From a virus (lineage: Duplodnaviria > Caudoviricetes), in the IMG/VR virus record IMGVR_UViG_3300016474_000485, positions 1 through 52,923 of that record: a DNA stretch of 52,923 bases; one strand, 5' to 3'. Positions within the stretch are counted from its first letter, which is position 1; every line of letters begins with the position of its first letter. Shown here piece by piece: positions 25,989 to 35,719 of the stretch. Below the pieces are notes generated by a model. The model did not search any database. It had not been told where the DNA came from and was given only the letters and a program-made list of their open reading frames with translations. Made by a program: the position numbers and the translations under genes.

Positions 25989-27419
25989 TTACACAGTAAC
26001 TGGTGCGTATCTTTCTGAAGACACCACTTCCATCATCATTGAGTATGGAGTAAGGTCTTTACCAGATAAAACACTAGTTAATAGTGATGGACTGAACCCT
26101 GACACTAGGCCAACCCCTTCTTTGTTGAATTTAACTGGGAAGTTGTTATTTCTAGCGTGGATATTCCAATATACAATTTTAGGCATTGTGTAACCAGCTT
26201 CAGCATATTTTGATTCGAAAATCTCTTGTGCTGTTTTATCCCAGTTACCTCTAGTACCTTGATTAAATTCCATATCTGATAGAATTATAATCATTGTTGG
26301 CATTTCTGATTGAGGTACGTTGTTGCTAACAGCAGATGTTAAAATCGTGCTGAATACAGCTTCAATGTTTGTACTCATATCCCAATCAGCTCTTTCTAGT
26401 TGCTTGTATCTTTCAGATAAAGAACCTTTAAGTACTTGCAACTGAGGTCTGTCAGAGAAAGTCATGAATGTATCTTTAAAAGCACCCTCATTTCTTTCTG
26501 AGATGTATAATCCCAAAGAGATTGCGACATCCATACATGTTACATTTGGGTTATCACCCGCAGAACACATCATTGACCCAGATACGTCAACAACTGGTAA
26601 GAATTGTTCGTTGTTGTTTTCCAAGTAATTTGGAAGTGAATTCCATTGTGCATCAGCACCATTTGCACTACCAAATCTTAAGTTTTTAACAACATCATAT
26701 GGGTATACTGCACCAGCGTTGATTTTAACATCACCTTTCTTAACTGATTCAATGTATTCAGAGAATCTAACACCATCTCTCTTACCAAAAGACCTCATGT
26801 AGTCTGACATCGCTCTAGATGGTACGTGAGAATAGTTAATCTTACCAAACTCATTAGCACACATCAATTGCTCAACAGTTGATGATAACTTCGCTAACAT
26901 GCTTCTGTAAGCACCTGGTGTTAACTTTAAGAACTTTCTTAAAGCTGAAGCTTGTCTTTTCTTATCTCTATTGTTAACGTTTGGTCTTGGCATCCATTTA
27001 GCAGCCAAACCGTTTCCGTTTTTAAGAGCATCAGAAATTAATGTCAATGCATCATTTTCCAATGGTGTTCCAACCAAAGTTAATAAATCATCCCATCTAC
27101 CATACTCTGAAATCAGAGATATGTTTTTTCTCATAACATCAGTTCTTGATGTTGCAAGATATGTGATAATATCTTTGAAGATTTGTCTCTCACCAGCACC
27201 GCCACGAATGTCACGAGCCCAAAATAAAATCTTCATAGCAGTTAACGCATTTTCTTCGTATGCTTTAACAAACGTGTTGATTAATCTGGTTTTATCCTGA
27301 CCTCTCATCGCACCAATTTGGAAAAATAAGTTCACACAATCATTCAATGATGATGAATTTGTAACCATTCCGTTTTCAGTTAAAGTGTTTTTTGTCTGTA
27401 AAGCATCTACTAATTTCAT
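25989..27419 (-). CDS. DUF2828-type helical + vWA protein (Ro/TROVE-like architecture)
   Basis: TENG, RDIRGGAGER, GRWDDL, AKWMPR, VDVSGSM, SDMEF, YWN, VSGFS. Confidence 0.8.
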   Translation of the reverse strand: MKLVDALQTKNTLTENGMVTNSSSLNDCVNLFFQIGAMRGQDKTRLINTFVKAYEENALTAMKILFWARDIRGGAGERQIFKDIITYLATSRTDVMRKNISLISEYGRWDDLLTLVGTPLENDALTLISDALKNGNGLAAKWMPRPNVNNRDKKRQASALRKFLKLTPGAYRSMLAKLSSTVEQLMCANEFGKINYSHVPSRAMSDYMRSFGKRDGVRFSEYIESVKKGDVKINAGAVYPYDVVKNLRFGSANGADAQWNSLPNYLENNNEQFLPVVDVSGSMMCSAGDNPNVTCMDVAISLGLYISERNEGAFKDTFMTFSDRPQLQVLKGSLSERYKQLERADWDMSTNIEAVFSTILTSAVSNNVPQSEMPTMIIILSDMEFNQGTRGNWDKTAQEIFESKYAEAGYTMPKIVYWNIHARNNNFPVKFNKEGVGLVSGFSPSLLTSVLSGKDLTPYSMMMEVVSSERYAPVTV

Positions 27420-27502
27420 AATCTTACGTTTTTTGTTTTTAATTAACTTTTGCAAATATATAACGATTTTTTTAAATCGACAACTTTTTTTTTAATTTTT
27501 TT

Positions 27503-27982
27503 TTAAATTTTTTGAAACCAAGCTGTAATAACACTTGTACTGTTTTGTAAATCAACGAATTGTATATTATTCATATATCCATCAGATATAAAATATTGCC
27601 CAACTTGACCGCTATAACTACTACCACCGAATGGTAAAAAGAAGTATAATGTTAAAGATTTATTCGTTGACCCAGTTATTTGTGATATGGTGTATGGTCT
27701 TTGTGCGTTTTGATTTAAAGTGTATGAAGCATTACTAATAAAGGTAATTGTGTCATTAGGATATGTTATTGAAAACCCAGATACCACTTTTTTAAGTACC
27801 CATTTAGTACCAACTAGATTTTGATTTGAACCGCCAAAATTTGGTAATGTACCACCATCTTGATACGCATCTTGCCAAGTTGTTGTATCAATTGGTTCTG
27901 GTACTTGTGTATATGGGCTCATTTTTTGTTTCTTACAAGAAACCATCAAACTAACCAAACATAGGAATATAACCTTTTTCAT
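27503..27982 (-). CDS. Lipoprotein
   Basis: MKKVIFLCLVSLMVS-C lipobox followed by KKQK. Confidence 0.7.
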   Translation of the reverse strand: MKKVIFLCLVSLMVSCKKQKMSPYTQVPEPIDTTTWQDAYQDGGTLPNFGGSNQNLVGTKWVLKKVVSGFSITYPNDTITFISNASYTLNQNAQRPYTISQITGSTNKSLTLYFFLPFGGSSYSGQVGQYFISDGYMNNIQFVDLQNSTSVITAWFQKI

Positions 27983-28033
27983 TTTTCTTATTTTATGCAA
28001 ATATAAATATAATATTTGAATTAAAAAAATATT

Positions 28034-28258
28034 TTAAGGCTTTTTTACGATTTTTATTAAAATACCTCCTATTTCAACTTCAATAATATCTCTATGTATA
28101 AAATCTGAACTATTTGGATTTGCTTTATAGAATAAATGTTCATCCATTTTTTTATGGTTGTCGTTATCTAATTGATACACCAATGATAAACCTTCTTTAT
28201 GTATTTTATCATTGTTAACTATTTCTGAAATAGTTTCTATTAATTCATTATAATTCAT
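28034..28258 (-). CDS. Hypothetical protein
   Basis: 74-aa ORF. Confidence 0.6.
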   Translation of the reverse strand: MNYNELIETISEIVNNDKIHKEGLSLVYQLDNDNHKKMDEHLFYKANPNSSDFIHRDIIEVEIGGILIKIVKKP

Positions 28259-28259
28259 A

Positions 28260-28568
28260 TTAAAACTTAGTAAAAATGTTTTTTATAAATCCACCTAACT
28301 TTTTGTACCATGGTTTAACATATACTTTTATTTCATTTGGGTTTTCTTTTATTTTATTACCCAAACCACTTTTAATTTCGTTGGCAAATTTTAGTTTGTT
28401 TAATTTTGTTTGTTCCTTTTGACCTTTTATGTCATTAATGATTGAATCAACAGTTTCGATTCTCTCACCACTTTCTTCCCTCTCTATTTCAGATATTAAT
28501 TTTTTGGTTCTACTATTAACCATATTTAATACCTCATCAACTGATATGCTATTTTTATCCTTACCCAT
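28260..28568 (-). CDS. Hypothetical protein
   Basis: 102-aa ORF. Confidence 0.6.
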   Translation of the reverse strand: MGKDKNSISVDEVLNMVNSRTKKLISEIEREESGERIETVDSIINDIKGQKEQTKLNKLKFANEIKSGLGNKIKENPNEIKVYVKPWYKKLGGFIKNIFTKF

Positions 28569-28655
28569 ATGTTAATCTTATGTATATTTGTTAAACAAGT
28601 AAATATTTACAATTACGCAAATATACCATATATTTGCATATAAATATTTAAAATT

Positions 28656-28997
28656 ATGATAATAGGTACATTTTTATTATTAGCTTATGGTATAACCAAT
28701 ATAGCTGTATTCGGCTCCATATTTGATGGGTGGAGAAACTTTTGGAGTAAATTATCACCAGGTTTTTTTGGTAAATTATTTGCTTGTCCACTTTGTTTAT
28801 CAACTTGGATTGGATTTATTCTTTCATTCACATTTGGGGTGATGGGTTATCAAACACCAATGTCTTTATATGGTATTGATAATTTTTGGTTAATGGTCTT
28901 TTTAGACGGCTGTTTAACTTCTGGTGCTGTTTGGTTAATCCACACAATTCAAGAATGCTTTGAAAGAGCATTTTATAATGATTCATCAGAATCTTAA
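28656..28997 (+). CDS. DUF1360-like membrane protein
   Basis: Hydrophobic, CPLCLSTWIG; TATATTTG upstream. Confidence 0.6.
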   Translation: MIIGTFLLLAYGITNIAVFGSIFDGWRNFWSKLSPGFFGKLFACPLCLSTWIGFILSFTFGVMGYQTPMSLYGIDNFWLMVFLDGCLTSGAVWLIHTIQECFERAFYNDSSES

Positions 28998-29001
28998 AAA
29001 G

Positions 29002-29027
29002 AAAAACCCTCAATAGAGGGTTTTTTT
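29002..29027. terminator. Bidirectional terminator
   Basis: AAAAACCCTC-AATA-GAGGGTTTTT between convergent genes. Confidence 0.8.
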
Positions 29028-29028
29028 A

Positions 29029-29676
29029 TTAATAGGCAAAATCTTTTTGGTCTTCACATATTGGACAGACTTCATCTGGTCCACATTTACAAACAATGTT
29101 TGTTGGTTCTGAAAATTCTTCAAGTTCAATTTTCTCACCTTTTGGTGGTAGCTCAATGTCATTATGTGTTACCTTTGGTTTACTGTTTACATTTTTCGCT
29201 GGTTTCTCAGCTTTTGGTTTTTCTTCAACCTTTTTAACTTCTGGTTCTTCAGTTTCAACTAAATCATCAGGGGTTATAGTTTCTATTTTATCCATATCCA
29301 TCAACGATGGCATAATATCTGGTTCTGAAAAAGTGAATTTTAATTTTTGTAGCTTTGCCAAGTTGTTTGACTTAAATATTTTTTTAAGCTCTTCAACTTT
29401 TTCAGATAAAAGTTCATATTTTCTTTCTCTTTCAATATTAAGGTCGATTATTTCTTTAACATAATCTAATAAATCGTCAATATCAATATCATCATTCTCA
29501 CTATAAAACATATAGTAGTTATCTTCACCATCTACACGTTCTTGGTGGATGATTTCTGATTTAGGTATGGCCCAACCATCTTTAAAAACAGCATCAACCA
29601 ACTGAATACCTTGCAAGTATCTAATACCAACAACGTATGGTCTTAATGCGTTTAATTTTTCTTGTATTTTTGACAT
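29029..29676 (-). CDS. Hypothetical protein with a C-terminal Cys cluster
   Basis: 215 aa, CKC...CPIC. Confidence 0.65.
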   Translation of the reverse strand: MSKIQEKLNALRPYVVGIRYLQGIQLVDAVFKDGWAIPKSEIIHQERVDGEDNYYMFYSENDDIDIDDLLDYVKEIIDLNIERERKYELLSEKVEELKKIFKSNNLAKLQKLKFTFSEPDIMPSLMDMDKIETITPDDLVETEEPEVKKVEEKPKAEKPAKNVNSKPKVTHNDIELPPKGEKIELEEFSEPTNIVCKCGPDEVCPICEDQKDFAY

Positions 29677-29687
29677 ATTGTTTTCTT

Positions 29688-29903
29688 TTATTTAATGAAA
29701 ACACCCAGAAATATAGATGAAACAATATATCCAATTGAAATGGCTAACCACCATAATGATTTATTGCTAATTCTGTATTTTTCTGGAGTTTCACTATCTG
29801 ATTTAACCCAGGCTTGAATGAAGTAGTAAGTATGTCTTACTGAATTCAAACAAGCCATGATTAAAATCATTAATAGTATTTTATTTACTATAGTTAGTAC
29901 CAT
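29688..29903 (-). CDS. Small two-TM protein
   Basis: Two hydrophobic segments. Confidence 0.6.
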   Translation of the reverse strand: MVLTIVNKILLMILIMACLNSVRHTYYFIQAWVKSDSETPEKYRISNKSLWWLAISIGYIVSSIFLGVFIK

Positions 29904-29905
29904 AA

Positions 29906-30088
29906 TTAAACTTTAGCTTCTTTTTTCATTGCAGAAACTTTGTTTCTAACAGCCTTAGCACCGTTGATAATGTCTCTCATTGTTTTACTAACTCTAGTAC
30001 CAGCAGTTTTGTTACCTTTTTCAACAAATTTAGCAACATCAGCTTCCAATGATTCAATTAACGCTTTTAATTCTTCGAACTCTTTCAT
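29906..30088 (-). CDS. Histone H1-like Hc1-family small protein
   Basis: DVAKFVEKGNKTAGTRVSK. Confidence 0.7.
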   Translation of the reverse strand: MKEFEELKALIESLEADVAKFVEKGNKTAGTRVSKTMRDIINGAKAVRNKVSAMKKEAKV

Positions 30089-30104
30089 TTTTTTTTATTT
30101 TTTA

Positions 30105-30314
30105 TTAATCGTTATTATTTACTTGTGCGGTATAGTTTCTCCACTTTTCAATCATCATTTCAGTTTCAATTACTTTTGACAAATGATGTTTGATAGTTTC
30201 AACTCTATCCTCTATTTCAAGTGACTTGTTATTAATCGCACTCTCCATGGCTTCTTCATGCTTTAATATATCAGCAGCCAATTCAGTCATAATTATATTT
30301 ATAATTCTATTCAT
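30105..30314 (-). CDS. Hypothetical protein
   Basis: 69-aa ORF. Confidence 0.55.
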   Translation of the reverse strand: MNRIINIIMTELAADILKHEEAMESAINNKSLEIEDRVETIKHHLSKVIETEMMIEKWRNYTAQVNNND

Positions 30315-30365
30315 GACATAAATATAATTAACTATTTTTAAAAATAAATAGATAAATGCGTTTTT

Positions 30366-30842
30366 TTATACGTTTTTTAAGGATTTATCAAAAATACCAT
30401 ATAGTTCAATAAAACTATCTAGGTCAGCTCTTGTTTTTGAACCCTTATAATTGAAGATGTGGGTCCATAATGTTAGTATGTTATTTTTGATGTGTGGGTT
30501 GTTTTCTTTACCATCCAAATTATAAAATATTTCTTTAGTAAATTCATTAAAATAACTTCTCAATTCATCATTATCCATGAATATTATTGATTCCTTTTTA
30601 AAGTTGTCAATATTCTTAGACCAACACCATTTAAAATGGTTATCTTGCTCTTCTTTGCTGGTGATATCATCACCCATATATGTATCAAATAATATTTCAA
30701 AGAAAGAAACAACAAAATCAAAATAAAGATTAACTCTATCAAATTTAACGTTGTTGGTAGTGTATAATATAGTAATACTATCATCACTTAATGGTGTTGA
30801 TATATAATTCATAAATTCTATTTTATTTCTATTGTTTGACAT
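30366..30842 (-). CDS. Hypothetical protein
   Basis: 158-aa ORF. Confidence 0.65.
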   Translation of the reverse strand: MSNNRNKIEFMNYISTPLSDDSITILYTTNNVKFDRVNLYFDFVVSFFEILFDTYMGDDITSKEEQDNHFKWCWSKNIDNFKKESIIFMDNDELRSYFNEFTKEIFYNLDGKENNPHIKNNILTLWTHIFNYKGSKTRADLDSFIELYGIFDKSLKNV

Positions 30843-30949
30843 TATATAATTAATATACTAACTTATTACATAAAATAAATATTAAAATAATCTGGACATA
30901 ATTTGGTTATTGATTATTTTATTATTATATTTGTTAAAAAATAAATGAT

Positions 30950-31381
30950 ATGGTTACAGTTTTGAAAGTAGATAACAGAGATGACAACAATGAAAAAGTG
31001 TATTCAATATATGAAGACTTTATTGAATTGTATGATTTATCAATATTTGATAGGATGTTAATCGATATTAGCCCTTGTCGTAAATATGAATATCTTTATT
31101 TATTTATGGACCAAGAACAATTAAATATGTTTATTAATTTATTACTTGAGTATGATTTAACTATATATTCAAAAGAAGATTATACAGATAAACTAATATC
31201 AATTGTTGTTAGTAATAAACTTGAAGCATTTAAAAACACATTTATAGATAACTATGGTTTTGATGAATTAATGGAGTACTTTTACGAAACTAATATAACC
31301 AAAGATAATATACTGGATAAAGCTTCTTTTAATGGTTTTGATTCTTTAACCGAAAACGATTATAAAATATTACAGTCATAA
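30950..31381 (+). CDS. Hypothetical protein
   Basis: TATATTTG upstream; C-terminal ILDK..GFDSLTENDYKIL also seen in 38914-39477. Confidence 0.65.
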   Translation: MVTVLKVDNRDDNNEKVYSIYEDFIELYDLSIFDRMLIDISPCRKYEYLYLFMDQEQLNMFINLLLEYDLTIYSKEDYTDKLISIVVSNKLEAFKNTFIDNYGFDELMEYFYETNITKDNILDKASFNGFDSLTENDYKILQS

Positions 31382-31406
31382 AAAAAGCCCCATTAAGGGG
31401 CTTTTT
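31381..31406. terminator. Bidirectional terminator
   Basis: AAAAAGCCCC-ATTAA-GGGGCTTTTT. Confidence 0.8.
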
Positions 31407-31423
31407 AATTTCATATGATTTAT

Positions 31424-32797
31424 TTATTCTTCATCCATTCCACCGAATACTTCATCAAATCTATCACCTTCACCAAGACCCATTTCTGGTTCAGCTTGTG
31501 GTTGCATTTTTTGAATTTGGTTATTCATGAATTCTTCTAATTTAGTTGATAATGTTCTAAATATACCAGTATCTTGATTTCCAGAGCCAACTGCAAAATA
31601 TTTAGCCATTAATGAAACAAGGTTTAAGAATTCTTCTTTTTCAGCTGGTTGCATTTTAGGTACTTGAGTTTTTAAAGTATCTAAAAGTTGTATTCTCATG
31701 TCAGATATGCTAACTGGACCTTCACCTTGTGCACCATCCATTTCAGATATTGAATCTTCATACATTCCTGTACCACACTCATCCATTTCTGAAGTTTCTT
31801 TATGTAACATTTTCATATCTTTTGGTTCAAATGGTATTCCATTACCATCTTTATCAAAAGCATCTATTTGCGCTTGCGTATATTCATTAATACCTTCAGT
31901 TAAGATAGCTTTTGTTTTTTTCCAAACATCATTAAATGATTTATCCTCATTTAATCTTTCAGAACCTTTAAGGTTACCCAAAGTCTCTTCAGATTTATAA
32001 CCCATAAGGTGTTTCATTTTTTGAAGGTCCTCATTAACCAATGTTTTATCTGAAGCAACTAATACGATAGCTTTACCTTCATTTAACGAACCTTCCCATC
32101 TTACTTTATAAGATTCGTTACCATCGGTCATTTCAAATACTTTGTTATCAACTTTATATGATTCTGGTATTAAGTTTAACGCATTATTAACCCCGTTAAA
32201 AGGTTTCTTAAATGTTAATCTTTTCATCTTTTCTTTTATAATTTCTTTATTATTTTCAGTATTTTCAAAAGCATATGTTTTATTTGAGTGGTCTTGAACA
32301 ATCTCCCAGTCATCACCAAACATTTTACTTGTAGGTGTAGCATCGTTTCTTTTCTTTTCAGATGCTTTAATTGCCTTAACCAATTTTTTTCCAAATGTTG
32401 GGTCACCCCCTTGACCTGGAACAACAACATTAGCCCATTCTGGATTATTACCCATTCTTGATGAACCAGCTATTGCTTCTTCAGCTCTTTCTTTAAATTT
32501 ATCACTAGGAGTTCTATCATACTGAATCATTTCTTGACCATTCATGATTTCCATTTCACGATGGTATTCTTCTTCAGAACCACTAGTATAATTAAATTTA
32601 ACTGGATTTATGGAATCTTTAGCCATGTCTTTTGATTCTTTATCATAATCTGATAATTCATCTTCCATGTCTTTAATGGCTTTTTTATTTTCTTTACCAC
32701 TTTCCGCTTTAGCCTTGTTTGTTACTTCAAGACCAGGTACCTTTGCTTCACTAACAAAGGTTTTGGAAAGTAATGATTTAATATTATTTTTATCCAT
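31424..32797 (-). CDS. Acidic putative internal head protein
   Basis: Late-type motif upstream; many (I/L)xE sites. Confidence 0.55.
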   Translation of the reverse strand: MDKNNIKSLLSKTFVSEAKVPGLEVTNKAKAESGKENKKAIKDMEDELSDYDKESKDMAKDSINPVKFNYTSGSEEEYHREMEIMNGQEMIQYDRTPSDKFKERAEEAIAGSSRMGNNPEWANVVVPGQGGDPTFGKKLVKAIKASEKKRNDATPTSKMFGDDWEIVQDHSNKTYAFENTENNKEIIKEKMKRLTFKKPFNGVNNALNLIPESYKVDNKVFEMTDGNESYKVRWEGSLNEGKAIVLVASDKTLVNEDLQKMKHLMGYKSEETLGNLKGSERLNEDKSFNDVWKKTKAILTEGINEYTQAQIDAFDKDGNGIPFEPKDMKMLHKETSEMDECGTGMYEDSISEMDGAQGEGPVSISDMRIQLLDTLKTQVPKMQPAEKEEFLNLVSLMAKYFAVGSGNQDTGIFRTLSTKLEEFMNNQIQKMQPQAEPEMGLGEGDRFDEVFGGMDEE

Positions 32798-32842
32798 TTT
32801 ATCTTTTATTATAAATATGTAATTAAATTAAAAAAAACAACA

Positions 32843-33205
32843 TTATTTACCCAAACTTGGTGCGGTAACGTTGCTTGCTGTTTTTTTAAGTTTTACAACC
32901 CCATCAGCAGCTCCAGTTGAACATCCACCATTTTGCGCTTCTTTATTATTATTTAATTTTGTACAATCATCAAACTCAACAAAAGCACCACCATGCCACT
33001 GTGTTTTATCGAAAGCACCTTCTTCAACAAAAGAACCACCAGGATATATTGGTGTTTTCTTTTTCATGTTAACTGGTACTTTACCTTCTTCTCCAGCGGT
33101 ACCCATAAATTTTGATGGTGGGAATCCAGCTGTTGCATAACCAAAAGGTCCAGCACTTACTGTTGTTGTTGACTCTTCTAATTCTTCTTCAGATTCGTCA
33201 GTTAT
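32843..33205 (-). CDS. -1 frame continuation of the 33202-34623 gene
   Basis: Frame of ORF 32843-33106 is open up to the A10 run: ITDESEEELEESTTTVSAGPFGYATAG... Confidence 0.6.
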   Translation of the reverse strand: MTDESEEELEESTTTVSAGPFGYATAGFPPSKFMGTAGEEGKVPVNMKKKTPIYPGGSFVEEGAFDKTQWHGGAFVEFDDCTKLNNNKEAQNGGCSTGAADGVVKLKKTASNVTAPSLGK

Positions 33206-34623
33206 TTTTTTTTTAAAGCATTTAATGCTTCTTGTATTTTTGATTCACTTTTTAATTCTGCTTTACCAACTGGGAACCCACCTGGTCCACTAAATACAGG
33301 TGAACCACCACCCATAGCCGTTACCTCGTCAATTTCTTTTTCATCCAATGGACCATAACCCCTAGGGTCTAATGATTTTCTAGCTGGCATGTTAACTACA
33401 ATAGCATTAACTATATTTCTGTCTGCATTTGTCTTGATATTACAAAATATGGGTTCTTCACCATATTTTCTTTTGAAGTCATCAATATAACCACCATAGT
33501 TATACACTTTTCCATTATATTCAAATCTGTGGTCGAATAAATCTTGTTTAGCAAAAATAACCACATTTGCACCAGGTGTATCCAAACTACGTAATGATAC
33601 AACTGATTTACCCATATCTTCAACTTCTTTTCTTGTATTTGGTAAACTTTTAAAGGGTTCATGATTTATTATATCAGCGCCAATAACTTGTTCGGTGCCA
33701 TCACATAAATCTTCACCTTCTAATTCATTTATTGGTTCTTCACCAGATGGTTGCGGTTCAACCTCTTCAGCATCACCAAATATTTCAGAATAATTATCCA
33801 TATTTAAAACACCATAATCTTTGCTTAATGAAACAGCATTTTGAGCAATGTCGTGTATGTCTAAATCATTCTTGGCATCTTCACGAGAATATTCTAAAGC
33901 TCTAATAAATAATGGAACATCCATTGTGATTGTATCAACCTCATCTTCAACTTCTGGACTAACTGGAACCATTTTTGTTGGTGCTTCTTCACCATCAATT
34001 TCAGATAAATCTAATTTTAATTGATTTGGGTCAACTGGTTCTTTTTCTGGTGTTAAATTAATTCTTGGGTTAAGTTCCAATTCTCTATTTCTTAAATCTT
34101 TTAATTTTTTTGCTATATCTTCTGGTTTTGGTTTTTCTCCAGACCTTTGTGTTAATTGTACTTCAAGGGATTTTTTAATATCTTCCATAGCTTCCATAGC
34201 CATAAATGGACTACCAGTTTCATGTAATTTTTCTAAACCACCCAATATTACATTTTTAGCTTTTTGTTTATCACCTTCAAATTTAGTTTTAGATAGTTTT
34301 CTATTTTCAACATAACCACAAGCTTCCATTAAATTAATTAATGTTTCATATACTTTTTCAGATGATTCATTCAAACCGTATAACTCATTTACGAATGATT
34401 CCCATAGACTTTCACGCATACCTTTAGATAATGCTTTTCTATCAGCTAAAAATGCTGGTCTTAATTCACTAGGCATAGCGTTAGTGAATTTATCATCTAT
34501 ATTTACTTCACTTAAATTTTCAATAAGTCTCTTATATTGACTTTCAGTTATTTTAATAACCGTTTTTTTATTTAAATTTTCAAGCATCATTGCTTGTTTT
34601 TGAGTTATCTTGATTTTTTTCAT
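33202..34623 (-). CDS. Acidic putative internal head protein
   Basis: IKITESQYKRL motif, repeated LxE/IxE; ends at A10-TAA. Confidence 0.6.
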   Translation of the reverse strand: MKKIKITQKQAMMLENLNKKTVIKITESQYKRLIENLSEVNIDDKFTNAMPSELRPAFLADRKALSKGMRESLWESFVNELYGLNESSEKVYETLINLMEACGYVENRKLSKTKFEGDKQKAKNVILGGLEKLHETGSPFMAMEAMEDIKKSLEVQLTQRSGEKPKPEDIAKKLKDLRNRELELNPRINLTPEKEPVDPNQLKLDLSEIDGEEAPTKMVPVSPEVEDEVDTITMDVPLFIRALEYSREDAKNDLDIHDIAQNAVSLSKDYGVLNMDNYSEIFGDAEEVEPQPSGEEPINELEGEDLCDGTEQVIGADIINHEPFKSLPNTRKEVEDMGKSVVSLRSLDTPGANVVIFAKQDLFDHRFEYNGKVYNYGGYIDDFKRKYGEEPIFCNIKTNADRNIVNAIVVNMPARKSLDPRGYGPLDEKEIDEVTAMGGGSPVFSGPGGFPVGKAELKSESKIQEALNALKKK

Positions 34624-34626
34624 CTT

Positions 34627-34881
34627 TTATGAATTTTTATTATCTACTTGACTTCTCCAAAAATTTCTTTTTGTCCAAAGGGTTTTATATAATTGGCTTA
34701 ATACATTTCTAGTTATCTCAACCATCTTATCTTCCAATTCTTTATTGTCTTTTAGTTTATCTTTAACTATTTTCTCTATTTTATTTTTAAATGTTGCACC
34801 ATCAATAAAAGCATTGATTTCTTTGGTAACGTCACTTTTACCAAACTCTTCATTTAATCTATTTTTAATCAAATCTTTCAT
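34627..34881 (-). CDS. Hypothetical protein
   Basis: MKDLIKNRLNEE start behind a late-type motif. Confidence 0.65.
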   Translation of the reverse strand: MKDLIKNRLNEEFGKSDVTKEINAFIDGATFKNKIEKIVKDKLKDNKELEDKMVEITRNVLSQLYKTLWTKRNFWRSQVDNKNS

Positions 34882-34962
34882 CGAATAAAATCTTTATAAA
34901 TAAATATTGCTTTAAAATAAAAAAACCCCCGTTTGGGGGCTTTTGATATTATATTTTTTAAA

Positions 34963-35427
34963 TCATTTCAGTATTAACAGTGCTGTTATAACTGGTAATA
35001 TGACTGAACCACTAAATCCAGCAATTTTTAATAATTTTTGTTTCCTAATTTCTTTTCTTTGTGCTTTTATTATTTCGTTTTGTATTGATATTTCTTTGTC
35101 TTTGTTTGAAACTATTTTTTCATAATTTGTGATTTGACCTTCCATAATTTCAATTTGCTTATCTTGCTTATCTTGAATTTGTTTCTGCAATGAAATTATT
35201 TTGGTACTTACTTTATCTTTGTTTTGATAAAACGTTACCATACTATCTAATACTTCACACTTTAGTACGTCAGTTAATATAGTTTTAGCATCTTTAATAC
35301 CCATAACAATTAGGGTATCACCTTTATCACTTAGGATTGTTTTTACTTGACCTTCTTTTAAGGTAATTTGTGAATTGACTGGCGACCATATCAGCGCTAA
35401 GAACATTAACTTTATTAGGTATTTCAT
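34963..35427 (-). CDS. Exported coiled-coil protein with C-terminal TM (spanin-like candidate)
   Basis: Signal peptide, coiled coil, TM; 101-nt overlap with the upstream gene. Confidence 0.5.
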   Translation of the reverse strand: MKYLIKLMFLALIWSPVNSQITLKEGQVKTILSDKGDTLIVMGIKDAKTILTDVLKCEVLDSMVTFYQNKDKVSTKIISLQKQIQDKQDKQIEIMEGQITNYEKIVSNKDKEISIQNEIIKAQRKEIRKQKLLKIAGFSGSVILPVITALLILK

Positions 35428-35719
35428 CCTTTCTGTTTTTTAAATCTTGAATTGTGTTATCGTATTGTTTTATTAATACTTGGTTTGCTGAAATTAAATC
35501 TTTTAATTTTTTAATTTCACCATCTATTTTATTTTTTTCATTTTTAAGGCTATCATTAGAATGTATTAACTTCTCATTTGATAATCTTAAATTTTTAAGT
35601 TCATCTTTATAATAATTTATTCTTTGGTTTGGATGTAACCAACCAAATAATAATAATAGACTAGCTAATATTATAATTATTATACTTTTTGTATCTAATT
35701 TTTTAAGCATATTAATCAA
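35327..35719 (-). CDS. TM-anchored coiled-coil protein (i-spanin-like candidate)
   Basis: N-terminal TM followed by heptad repeats. Confidence 0.5.
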   Translation of the reverse strand: MINMLKKLDTKSIIIIILASLLLLFGWLHPNQRINYYKDELKNLRLSNEKLIHSNDSLKNEKNKIDGEIKKLKDLISANQVLIKQYDNTIQDLKNRKDEIPNKVNVLSADMVASQFTNYLKRRSSKNNPK

